The position numbers and the translations under genes are program-made. A stretch of 24,000 bases of DNA from Alistipes communis (GTDB lineage: Bacteria; Bacteroidota; Bacteroidia; Bacteroidales; Rikenellaceae). The stretch's first letter is position 1. Each line of letters opens with the position of its first letter. The notes under the pieces are model-generated. The model saw nothing but the letters and a program-made list of their open reading frames with translations. It was not told where the DNA came from and did not search any database. Below, in pieces: positions 16,749 through 23,960 of the stretch. The stretch lies in contig NZ_AP019735.1 of the NCBI RefSeq assembly GCF_006542665.1, positions 1,148,000-1,171,999 of the forward strand, written 5' to 3'.

Positions 16749-18029
16749 TTCGCAAAGAGATGGGTTAAGTTGTAAATGTAATTCAGTTAAGGAAACATAT
16801 CCTCTTTTCTTCAAGCGTTGTAAAGTAATGGTAGTGCCTAGAATAGGACTTTGTGCTATTGCCCAACCGCCTTTCCGTGTTCTGCTCCAAGCGTAGGCAT
16901 GGTCTTGGTCTACACCTAATCGAATCAGGTTTTTCCTTTTCCTTTCGGGTTTTTTCCAATGATGCCAAATGCAATAGCGCAGTCGGTTGCGAAGCCAACC
17001 ATCTAAATCTCGTAATTTGCCCAAAATACTCGTGCCTTGGAAATAGTTCAACCATCCGCGTTGCACTTCTTTTATCTTGGCAATACGCTCTTCAAATGTG
17101 GCTGGTGTGGTTTTTCGGGTGATTGTTTTAAGTCGTTCTTTTAGTTTCTTCCATGCTTTTTCCGATACAATAAGTTGGTATTGATTTTTACTTCCTTTCT
17201 CGTACGTAGGTACGAATCCGAAACCCAAAATTGTGAAGTGGATTGGTTTTCTGATACCACTCTTTTCTTCATTTATAGTTAATTTGAGTTTGTTTTTCAA
17301 AAACTTTTCAATTACCACTCTTGTTGCCTTGGCTTGATTGTGGCTTTTGCAATAAATACTAAAATCATCCGCATAACGTACAAATTTGTGTCCTCTTCGA
17401 GTCATTTCCTTATCCAGTTGATGTAGTAAAATGTTCGACAATAATGGACTTAAAGGGCTTCCTTGCGGAACGCCTTTTCTTCTCTTTCGTAGCTTTCCGT
17501 TGATTTTAATAGGTGCTCTGAGCCATTTGCGTATGAGTTGCATGGTAGCTTTGCATTTCACTTTTTGATAGATTAAATTCAGTAATAAACAGTGGTCAAC
17601 TTCATCAAAGAAGTTTTTCAGGTCAATATCCACAATGTGGTTTAATCCTGAATGGATGTAATCCCGAGATTGTCCAACGGCTTGTCGGGCATTCTTGTGA
17701 GGTCTAAATCCATAGCTGTAATTACTAAATTCGGGCTCAAAAAGTGGTGCAATAGTTTGTGCTAAGGCTTGTTGCAACACACGTTCTGTAGTGGTGGGAA
17801 CACCCAATAATCGAGTTTTCCCATTTCCTTTCGGAATTTCAATACCTAAAATGGGTTGTACTTGATAGTTGCCTTGTTTGATTGCTTCAATCAGTTGTAG
17901 TTTCTTTTCAGAAAACACCTTGCGGAGCTCTCTTATAGAAACACCATCAACACCCGCACTACCTTTATTGGCAATCACGTGTTCCAATGCTCTTTGAAGA
18001 TTAAACGGATGTACTACTCTTGTTATCAT
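16734..18029 (-). CDS. Group II intron reverse transcriptase/maturase (no endonuclease domain)
   Basis: 431 aa. RT motifs include GVPQGSPLSPLLSNILL and FVRYADDFSIY (YADD). Maturase X domain present (RGWLNYF, LRNRLRYCIWHHWKK). The C-terminal DNA-binding region has no HNH motif. The stop codon lies inside domain V. Confidence 0.95.
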   Translation of the reverse strand: MITRVVHPFNLQRALEHVIANKGSAGVDGVSIRELRKVFSEKKLQLIEAIKQGNYQVQPILGIEIPKGNGKTRLLGVPTTTERVLQQALAQTIAPLFEPEFSNYSYGFRPHKNARQAVGQSRDYIHSGLNHIVDIDLKNFFDEVDHCLLLNLIYQKVKCKATMQLIRKWLRAPIKINGKLRKRRKGVPQGSPLSPLLSNILLHQLDKEMTRRGHKFVRYADDFSIYCKSHNQAKATRVVIEKFLKNKLKLTINEEKSGIRKPIHFTILGFGFVPTYEKGSKNQYQLIVSEKAWKKLKERLKTITRKTTPATFEERIAKIKEVQRGWLNYFQGTSILGKLRDLDGWLRNRLRYCIWHHWKKPERKRKNLIRLGVDQDHAYAWSRTRKGGWAIAQSPILGTTITLQRLKKRGYVSLTELHLQLNPSLCEPPST

Positions 18030-18590
18030 TTTAGTTGTTTTTAACCTGTTTTCGTTAAGTAGGGCTACTATGTGTTCCGTTACCTATTGAAAACCTCTTT
18101 ACGTTCAGTCCTTCCTTGTTTGTGAGACCTATGCGGTATCTATTCGCACCTCGTTTGCCCTCAAGTACTATGACCTCTGCTGACTTCTTGGATTGATTAA
18201 CTCGTAATCGCCAAGACCTCCCCTGGTAAATGCTTTTTCCTTCCGTCTATCGCCGGTACATCTACATAACAATAATCTGATTTAATAGCATGTTCAGAAC
18301 ACTGTTTTGGACTTCGTATTGCTGTGGATACTCATCCTTATTGTTATGCCTCTTATGTACTTTCTGTTCGTCGGTACAGACTTTTGCAGTTCTGCTTCCT
18401 TCAGTGCATACCTCACGATAAACCACCTTGCAGCTTGCTAACGATTCGGGGTTTCAATCCGCTCGTAAGGGACTTGCACCCTCTGGAAAAATAACACCCC
18501 GAAAACTTGGTTCGTAAAACTAAATTTGTATTTTTGAACTATTTGAAAAGCTTTCGGGGTGTGTCCTGCATATGCAGGGCACACACATAT

Positions 18591-18700
18591 GGTAGCCGAT
18601 AATTGCCGGCTTTCGTGCCAACTTGATACTTTGGTGCTTTTAACGAACCGAAGTGCTAAATTGATACGAAAGTGCTGTAAATCCGGCAACTACGGCTACC
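18591..18700. repeat. 110-nt imperfect palindrome (long stem-loop) between the ermF stop and the intron 5' end
   Basis: GGTAGCCGATAATTGCCGG (18591-18609) pairs with CCGGCAACTACGGCTACC (18683-18700). Inner pairing is CTTTCGT (18610-18616) with ACGAAAG (18666-18672). On the minus strand the hairpin ends 4-6 nt before the intron GTGTG. Confidence 0.6.
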
Positions 18701-18774
18701 ATTTTTCGTTATGCGGCAGCTTAAAAGACGACACCAAACCAGAAAAATCATCTTGACAACCACCCGACTTTGAA

Positions 18775-19575
18775 CTACGAAGGATGAAATTTTTCAGGGA
18801 CAACTTCCAGCATTTCCAAAAAACAGTTTACCCATTGACTTGGAGACAAACAAACAATTTGAGCATTAAGGTTTAAACCGAATTTTTCCGAAATTGACCT
18901 GACCTGACTTTTCCTGAAAATCGACTTTAAAGCTGTTTTTACAGATAAATCAGGTTTCTCTAACAGACAGGAAATAAATGCTAAGTATTTGGCTTTAAAC
19001 TTAAAATCAAAAAATAACTGTTTTCTTTTAATGTTTAACAGGGCTGATTTGACAGTTGGCGGTGGAAAGAAACTTTCAGGACCTACCTCATAGACAAGTT
19101 TCAAATCAAAAAAAGTATGATAGAAAACGGTATATGGATTGTAAAGCTTCCTCGAAAATAACTTTTGTGTAGGTTCTAACTGAAGGATAATGGAACCTCC
19201 CAGAAAATTTCCAAGACTCTCAAACATCAGGATTTTGAAAATATCGGAAGTAATGCCATAAGGAATATTTGACACCACTTTGAAAGGAAATTTCGGAACT
19301 GCAAAATTCCTAAAATCACAACCGACAACTTGAACATTTCGGGCATCAGAAAATAATTTTCGTAAATGTTCAACCAAAGCTGTGTCGTTTTCAATAGCAA
19401 CAACATTGTTGGCGATTTTTAATAAATGAACAGTAAGAAACCCCTTGCCTGCCCCAATATCTAAAACCGTATCCTGATTACTTATATTTGCTTGTCTTAT
19501 TGCATCTTTTATTAGCACTTTATCAATAGTAAAGTGCTGACCCGTAAAACGAACGGGCAATTTCTTTTTTGTCAT
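18775..19575 (-). CDS. ermF: 23S rRNA (adenine-N6)-dimethyltransferase ErmF (macrolide-lincosamide-streptogramin B resistance)
   Basis: 266 aa from MTKKKLPVRFTGQHFTIDKVLIKDAI... to ...LEMLEVVPEKFHPS. By recollection this is essentially the ErmF of Bacteroides Tn4351/CTnDOT. SAM-binding motif VLDIGAGKGFLT present. Very low GC. The 314-aa track ORF extends upstream into the IS. Confidence 0.95.
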   Translation of the reverse strand: MTKKKLPVRFTGQHFTIDKVLIKDAIRQANISNQDTVLDIGAGKGFLTVHLLKIANNVVAIENDTALVEHLRKLFSDARNVQVVGCDFRNFAVPKFPFKVVSNIPYGITSDIFKILMFESLGNFLGGSIILQLEPTQKLFSRKLYNPYTVFYHTFFDLKLVYEVGPESFFPPPTVKSALLNIKRKQLFFDFKFKAKYLAFISCLLEKPDLSVKTALKSIFRKSQVRSISEKFGLNLNAQIVCLSPSQWVNCFLEMLEVVPEKFHPS

Positions 19576-19624
19576 TAGTAACTTCTTACAGGTGAATACT
19601 TGAATTGTTCCTTTCTGAATTTTC

Positions 19625-19644
19625 CTAAACCTTAATTCCGCAAC
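19625..19644. repeat. Target-site duplication CTAAA (19625-19629) plus left terminal inverted repeat (19630-19644)
   Basis: Read directly from the sequence: tttcCTAAA|CCTTAATTCCGCAAC. Confidence 0.85.
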
Positions 19645-21223
19645 ATAATTGATAATTATTTTTATAAGTTCCTGAGCAACATTTTGTTGCCCAGGTTTTT
19701 GCCATGTCAGCGTTTTCACTTACCTTAGTGTTGCGAATCCAAAGACAAAGAAAACCGCAACAGGCATGGCAAAGGTAGCAATAAAATCCGAAAGACTCAC
19801 TCCTTTTGGAGGCATATTTCCAATCATGGAGCAATTTACCTCCCTTCTCTCCTCTACAATTGACTCAACACTTGGGTTGAGATGCAAACTCTATGGTTAT
19901 CAATACAGCGAAATCATCCGCTCCCTCCTATGCGTTTACTTCTGCGGCGGTTCTTGCGTTGAGGATGTCACCGCCCACTTAATGAGTCATCTTTCCCTTC
20001 ACCCCACACTCCGCACCTGTAGCGCCGACACCATCCTTAGGGCAATAAACGAACTGACCCGGGAAAACATCTCATACACGTCTGATGCCGGAAAGTCCTA
20101 TGATTTCAATACGGCAGACACACTCAACACATTGCTCCTGAATTGCCTGTTGTCCACAGGGCAGTTGAAAGAGGGCGGGGAGTATGACGTTGACTTTGAC
20201 CACCAGTTCATTGAGGCGGAGAAGTACGATGCAAAGCCCACGTACAAGAAATTTCTTGGTTACAGGTCCGGTGTGGCCGTTATCGGCGACATGATTGTCG
20301 GCATAGAGAACAGCGACGGCAACACCAATGTACGCTTTCACCAGAAGGACACGCTAAAGAGGATTTTGGAGAGACTTGAAGAGAAGAAGCTGACAGTCAA
20401 ACGCTTCAGGGCCGACTGCGGCTCATGCTCTGAAGACATTGTGGATGAGGTCAGGAAGCATTGCAGGACATTCTACATACGCGCCAACCGCTGCTGCTCG
20501 CTCTATGATGACATCTTCGCGCTCAGAGGGTGGAAGAAGGAAGAGATAAACGGCATCGTGTTTGAGTTGAACTCCATTCTCGTTGAGAAGTGGAAGGGCA
20601 AACCGTATCGCCTGGTAATCCAGAGACAGAGACGCATGGGCAGTGGACCGGACCTGTGGGAGGGGGAATATACATACCGCTGCATCCTGACCAACGATTA
20701 CGAATCATCCATGAGGGACATCGTGGAGTTCTATAACATGCGCGGTGGCAAGGAACGCGTCTTTGATGACATGAACAATGGGTTTGGATGGGACAGACTG
20801 CCTAAATCCTTCATGGCGGAAAATACCGTGTTCCTGCTCCTGACGGCACTGATACGCAATTTCTACAAGGCCATCATGCAAAGGATTGAAGTGAAGAAGT
20901 TCGGGCTCAAGGAAACCAGCCGTATCAAGACGTTTGTCTTCAAATTCATTTCAGTACCTGCCAAGTGGATTAAGACCGCAAGGCAATGTGTGCTGAATAT
21001 CTACACCGACAACCATGCATATGCAGAAGCCTTCAAAACTTCTTCCGGATGATTTACATCACTTGATGGCCACTGATTGCGTATTGCCTCAAGTCGCTTT
21101 ATGGGGTAAGGGGATGGTATGCGCATTGAAACGGACGCGAGGACTTAATGGTTATCTTACGAATCAAAAGTCCATTTCTCTTTATGTAGGTAGCACTTCG
21201 GGAATGGAGTTGCGGATTTAAGG
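19630..21223 (+). mobile_element. IS1380-family insertion sequence (1594 bp), complete
   Basis: Terminal inverted repeats CCTTAATTCCGCAAC (19630-19644) and GTTGCGGATTTAAGG (21209-21223) match at 14/15 and start with CC. A 5-bp direct repeat CTAAA flanks both ends. One 428-aa transposase ORF. Confidence 0.88.
19766..21052 (+). CDS. IS1380-family DDE transposase
   Basis: 428 aa. N-terminus MAKVAIKSERLTPFGGIF and C-terminal region EFYNMRGGKERVFDDMNNGFGWDRLPKSFMAENTVFLLL...RIKTFVFKFISVPAKWIKTARQCVL parallel the organisation of ISEcp1/IS942-type transposases as I recall them (YYEKRGNAENYIKE...KSFWANEA...IKTFRLK...IIKTARY). Confidence 0.9.
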   Translation: MAKVAIKSERLTPFGGIFPIMEQFTSLLSSTIDSTLGLRCKLYGYQYSEIIRSLLCVYFCGGSCVEDVTAHLMSHLSLHPTLRTCSADTILRAINELTRENISYTSDAGKSYDFNTADTLNTLLLNCLLSTGQLKEGGEYDVDFDHQFIEAEKYDAKPTYKKFLGYRSGVAVIGDMIVGIENSDGNTNVRFHQKDTLKRILERLEEKKLTVKRFRADCGSCSEDIVDEVRKHCRTFYIRANRCCSLYDDIFALRGWKKEEINGIVFELNSILVEKWKGKPYRLVIQRQRRMGSGPDLWEGEYTYRCILTNDYESSMRDIVEFYNMRGGKERVFDDMNNGFGWDRLPKSFMAENTVFLLLTALIRNFYKAIMQRIEVKKFGLKETSRIKTFVFKFISVPAKWIKTARQCVLNIYTDNHAYAEAFKTSSG

Positions 21224-21228
21224 CTAAA
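21209..21228. repeat. Right terminal inverted repeat (21209-21223) plus target-site duplication CTAAA (21224-21228)
   Basis: Read directly from the sequence: GTTGCGGATTTAAGG|CTAAAtac. Confidence 0.85.
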
Positions 21229-21394
21229 TACTTTCTTCATAATTTCGCTATACTTTTTATGGTTAATAACTATGTTTTGTATTGCTCTCACAACACTTAC
21301 AACTTGAAGTGTTATTTGGAAACCGATAGGCAAAAATGGCTCAACGATGTCAATTAACGAGAAAATCCTACGATAATCTATCAAGTGATAGAGC

Positions 21395-21429
21395 AAAAGA
21401 CGTGCCAAGTTAAATATGGCACGTCTTTT
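21395..21429. terminator. Bidirectional rho-independent terminator downstream of the lysozyme gene
   Basis: AAAAGACGTGCCA-AGTTAAATA-TGGCACGTCTTTT. Perfect 9-bp GC-containing stem with an A4/T4 extension, 20 nt after the lysozyme stop. Confidence 0.65.
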
Positions 21430-21448
21430 GCCAGTTTTGTCAGTCCTT

Positions 21449-21976
21449 TTATGGGATATACAACAGCGCAAACTCCGCCTTTCTCCGTTTGAGCAGCATG
21501 GCGTGGCGTTTTCCTTTGTAGTTGCAGAAGGCTATATACTCACGGTAGATGTTCCTGTCACCAGCTTCCAGCTTCTTGATTAAGGTGCTTTTGGGGATTG
21601 TTTTGCTGCCTAACAGCTTCGCCGGTCCCACATTGTAAGCTAACGTGCCAAGCAAAATCGAATCAACCCCGAATTTACGGAACATGGCGACAAATTTGCG
21701 CAGGTCTTTCCGCAAAAGTTCATCCGCATCCCGTTTTGTCATGGTTCGTGCCGAATACTTCTCGTTTGGCAAAAGTTTGTGACCCCAACCGACGTATGGG
21801 TAGTGTTTTTCTGAGTGCCAGCCTTCAAAGTAGCGGCAGCATAAAAAAGCACGTTCCATAAGCGGCAGTCGGTAGATTGCCGCCTGCCCGTCCGTTCCCT
21901 CTTGGCGGCTGATCTGCGCGGACACAGAACAGACCGTCAGAAGTGAACAGAGCATTGTCATGAATACACGCATCAT
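21449..21976 (-). CDS. Secreted lysozyme-like peptidoglycan hydrolase (GH24-like) of the CTn transfer region
   Basis: 175 aa. Signal peptide MMRVFMTMLCSLLTVCSVSAQ. Motif FEGWHSEKHYPYVGWGHKL is of the lysozyme EG...G.GH type. Its start overlaps the traQ stop (ATGA). This is the usual position after traQ in CTnDOT-type elements. Confidence 0.8.
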   Translation of the reverse strand: MMRVFMTMLCSLLTVCSVSAQISRQEGTDGQAAIYRLPLMERAFLCCRYFEGWHSEKHYPYVGWGHKLLPNEKYSARTMTKRDADELLRKDLRKFVAMFRKFGVDSILLGTLAYNVGPAKLLGSKTIPKSTLIKKLEAGDRNIYREYIAFCNYKGKRHAMLLKRRKAEFALLYIP

Positions 21977-22476
21977 TTCAACAAGGGGCTGAAGTTGCCG
22001 ATGGGAACGATGGTAAGATCGTCGTCCTTTACATTCCTGTTGTTGAAGTCAAATTCCAGTTCGTAGGAGTTGCTAAAGTTATCCTCCACCACCACGATGA
22101 AATTATGCGCCTCATCACCCGCCGCCGTGTAGTACAGGCGGAATTTTTCGTTCTCCAGCAGGTAGCGGTCGTTAGGCAGGAAGGTGATGCCGTTATCCAT
22201 TTTGAGCGAGCCTTCCCCCTCGAACTGGAAATAGCGGATGGTATAGAGCGTACCCGAAAAGTCGCCCTCCTTTTTCAGTTCACAGCGGATTTCCACTGTC
22301 TGCCCCTTTACTACCTTGTTCGGCACGGGCATGACCTCCACCGTGAAGGGATAGGACTGCTGGATGTCCATGTCATCGTCACATGACACGAGGGTGAATG
22401 ACATGGCGGCTATCAGGCATAACGCCACTGCCTTGAATATTGATGTTCTCTTGTTTCTGTTGTTCAGTATGTTCAT
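21973..22476 (-). CDS. traQ: Conjugative transposon protein TraQ (DUF3872-type lipoprotein)
   Basis: The track ORF is 21973..22551. The likely start is MNILNNRNKR at 22476, overlapping the traP stop (ATGA). Lipobox FTLVSC. Synteny is traO-traP-traQ-lysozyme. Confidence 0.8.
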   Translation of the reverse strand: MNILNNRNKRTSIFKAVALCLIAAMSFTLVSCDDDMDIQQSYPFTVEVMPVPNKVVKGQTVEIRCELKKEGDFSGTLYTIRYFQFEGEGSLKMDNGITFLPNDRYLLENEKFRLYYTAAGDEAHNFIVVVEDNFSNSYELEFDFNNRNVKDDDLTIVPIGNFSPLLK

Positions 22477-23375
22477 TGTTCTTCGATTTTTAGATGGTTG
22501 TTTTTCTGTTTTTTCGTTGTCAGTTGCAGGTACTCGTTCAAGTCCTTGCAACCGTCATAGAGGGAGGAACGGTCGGTGACACGTTCCCCGTATCGCATGG
22601 TAAGTGCGGCAAGCGTCCGCCGTCCGGCTTCGTCACGGTCGAGGAAGCAGCCGATGCGCCCGTATCCGTCCAGCAATCCCGCCGCCTTCTCCACGTTGGC
22701 GACTGAGTTCAGCACAAGACAGTCAGCGTTACCGGTTACACCAAGCGTCACGGCAGAGAGAAAGTCCATGAAGCCCTCGAACACGAGGCACTCGTCAGCC
22801 GGGATGTCATTCGCCTTTACCAGTGATACAGACTTCGGAGGTATGCAACCCTTGAAATATCGGCTTCTGACTTCATAGCCACCTGCCATGTTCGGAAAGC
22901 CAACGGCAAAATACCGTTTTCCACGCACACCGTAGTTCAAGCGGCAGCAGTGACGGGATGCGATGGCGTAAGGGATGCCCCGTTCCTCTAAATACTCCGT
23001 CAGCAGTGAGCGGAGCAGCGGAGCGACCTCCACATCCTCAAAAACGGATTCGGTCGGCTTCGAGAGATAGACGGGCTTTTCCCATCCGGCAACCGTCATA
23101 TTGGCGGCTTCCGCTATGAACTTCGCTTGCTTCATGAAGTCATCGCTTTGCAGAAACTCCCCGGCAAGCGTGAAGATGTCGCCGCCCTTGCCCAAACCGA
23201 AGTCGTACCAGAGCTGTTTCGCCACGTTCACACGGAAAGAGGATGTGCGCTCGCCCCTGTACGGGGCAAGATACCACAGCTCGTTACCGCTCCTTCTGAC
23301 AGGCTCATGCCCCAGCCGTGCGAGAAAATCCGCAAGCGGCATCCTTCTGACAGCATCTATTTCCGTCCTTTCCAT
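22473..23375 (-). CDS. traP: Conjugative transposon protein TraP (toprim-domain DNA primase-like)
   Basis: The track ORF is 22473..23510. The likely start is MERTEIDAVRRMPLADFLARLGHEP at 23375. Contains a CHC2/primase-like N-terminus and a toprim-like region (CLVFEGFMDFLS...CFLDRDEAG). Flanked by traO and traQ. Confidence 0.82.
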   Translation of the reverse strand: MERTEIDAVRRMPLADFLARLGHEPVRRSGNELWYLAPYRGERTSSFRVNVAKQLWYDFGLGKGGDIFTLAGEFLQSDDFMKQAKFIAEAANMTVAGWEKPVYLSKPTESVFEDVEVAPLLRSLLTEYLEERGIPYAIASRHCCRLNYGVRGKRYFAVGFPNMAGGYEVRSRYFKGCIPPKSVSLVKANDIPADECLVFEGFMDFLSAVTLGVTGNADCLVLNSVANVEKAAGLLDGYGRIGCFLDRDEAGRRTLAALTMRYGERVTDRSSLYDGCKDLNEYLQLTTKKQKNNHLKIEEQ

Positions 23376-23382
23376 GCCCGTG

Positions 23383-23958
23383 TCAGTTGATGATGAACTT
23401 GATACCGACCCCGAACTGCGTGTGGAACTTCCGTGTGTCGCCACCCCAAAGGCAACGCTCCCGCAGGTTGGCAAGCAGGGCGATACGGTCTGCCACGTAA
23501 CACTCCACATCGAGCGTCAGCGCACCGCCGTAGATGAAGGCGTCCCGGTCGTGCAGCGTGGAGCCGTCATGCAGCACCTTCTTCCCCCAATTTACCGCCT
23601 CATATCCGGCGAGAGCCGAAGCCCCGGCATAGACGAAAACAATCTTTCGGGCGTCCGACAGTATCTTGAAGTAATAGCCGCCCTCCGCCGTGAACTGCGC
23701 CACGGGTATCTTGGTGTCCTTGTAGGGATTGTTCTTCAACAGGTATTCGCCACCGAACACCCACTTGTTCCCCTTCTTCGTGTAGGTGGAGAGAGCCGCC
23801 CCGAAGCTGTACCCGCCGTCCTTGCCGCCGAGATTGAAGCCGTCCGCCATGTCCGCCCTCACCTCGATGCCCTGCATCTTCGGCAGACACCGCTGGGCGT
23901 GCGCCTGCCCTGTAAAAAGGGCAAGCGACGCGATGATTATTGCGATGTACTTTCTCAT
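23383..23958 (-). CDS. traO: Conjugative transposon protein TraO
   Basis: 191 aa. Signal peptide MRKYIAIIIASLALFTGQAHA. The beta-rich sequence matches my recollection of the TraO family (GGEYLLKNNPYKD...FTAEGGYYFKILSD...). Sits in the tra operon order. Confidence 0.85.
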   Translation of the reverse strand: MRKYIAIIIASLALFTGQAHAQRCLPKMQGIEVRADMADGFNLGGKDGGYSFGAALSTYTKKGNKWVFGGEYLLKNNPYKDTKIPVAQFTAEGGYYFKILSDARKIVFVYAGASALAGYEAVNWGKKVLHDGSTLHDRDAFIYGGALTLDVECYVADRIALLANLRERCLWGGDTRKFHTQFGVGIKFIIN

Positions 23959-23960
23959 GG

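Larger units (their letters stand above)
16676..18586 (-). mobile_element. Class IIC (bacterial class C) group II intron with intron-encoded protein; boundaries approximate to about 10 nt
   Basis: The 5' end on the minus strand reads GTGTG(TG)CCC at 18586/18584. Domain I-III motifs resemble, from memory, the Oceanobacillus iheyensis IIC intron (AGAGGGTGCAAGTCCC, CTGAAGGAAGCAGAAC, ACCAGGGGAGGTC, AGAAGTCAGCAGAGGTCATAGTAC). Domain V is at 16718-16748 and a domain VI-like hairpin follows at 16681-16705 (CTCCG at 16705-16701 pairs with CGGAG at 16689-16685, flanked by GGCG/CGTC). The RT/maturase ORF lies inside. Total length about 1.9 kb. Confidence 0.85.

Noticed and set aside
16734-18029. The reverse transcriptase as a retron, DGR or defence-associated RT.
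   Set aside because: A maturase X domain (RGWLNYF) is present. Ribozyme sequence flanks the ORF, with a canonical domain V hairpin and a GTGTG 5' end. There is no msr/msd-like or TR/VR repeat structure.
18558-18587. Near-perfect 12-bp palindrome GTGTGTCCTGCA/TGCAGGGCACAC, as a terminator or target hairpin.
   Set aside because: On the minus strand it begins with the intron GTGTG...CCC 5' consensus. It corresponds to the first domain I helix seen in IIC introns, so it is part of the ribozyme.
18591-18700. The palindrome as an integron attC site, since IIC-attC introns exist.
   Set aside because: The arm ends lack the RYYYAAC / GTTRRRY core sites, and no integron integrase or cassette organisation is nearby.
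18775-19719. The 314-aa extended form of the ermF ORF taken as the real gene.
   Set aside because: The recognised ErmF begins at MTKKKLPV (19575). The extension crosses the IS inverted repeat, so it is at most an accidental fusion. It is kept as a low-interest finding only.
16180-21237. TACTTTCTT present at both 16180-16188 and 21229-21237, as possible direct repeats flanking the ermF segment.
   Set aside because: A 9-bp match between two AT-rich zones of about 200 bp is not improbable by chance. The right copy directly abuts the IS target duplication, not an independently defined border.
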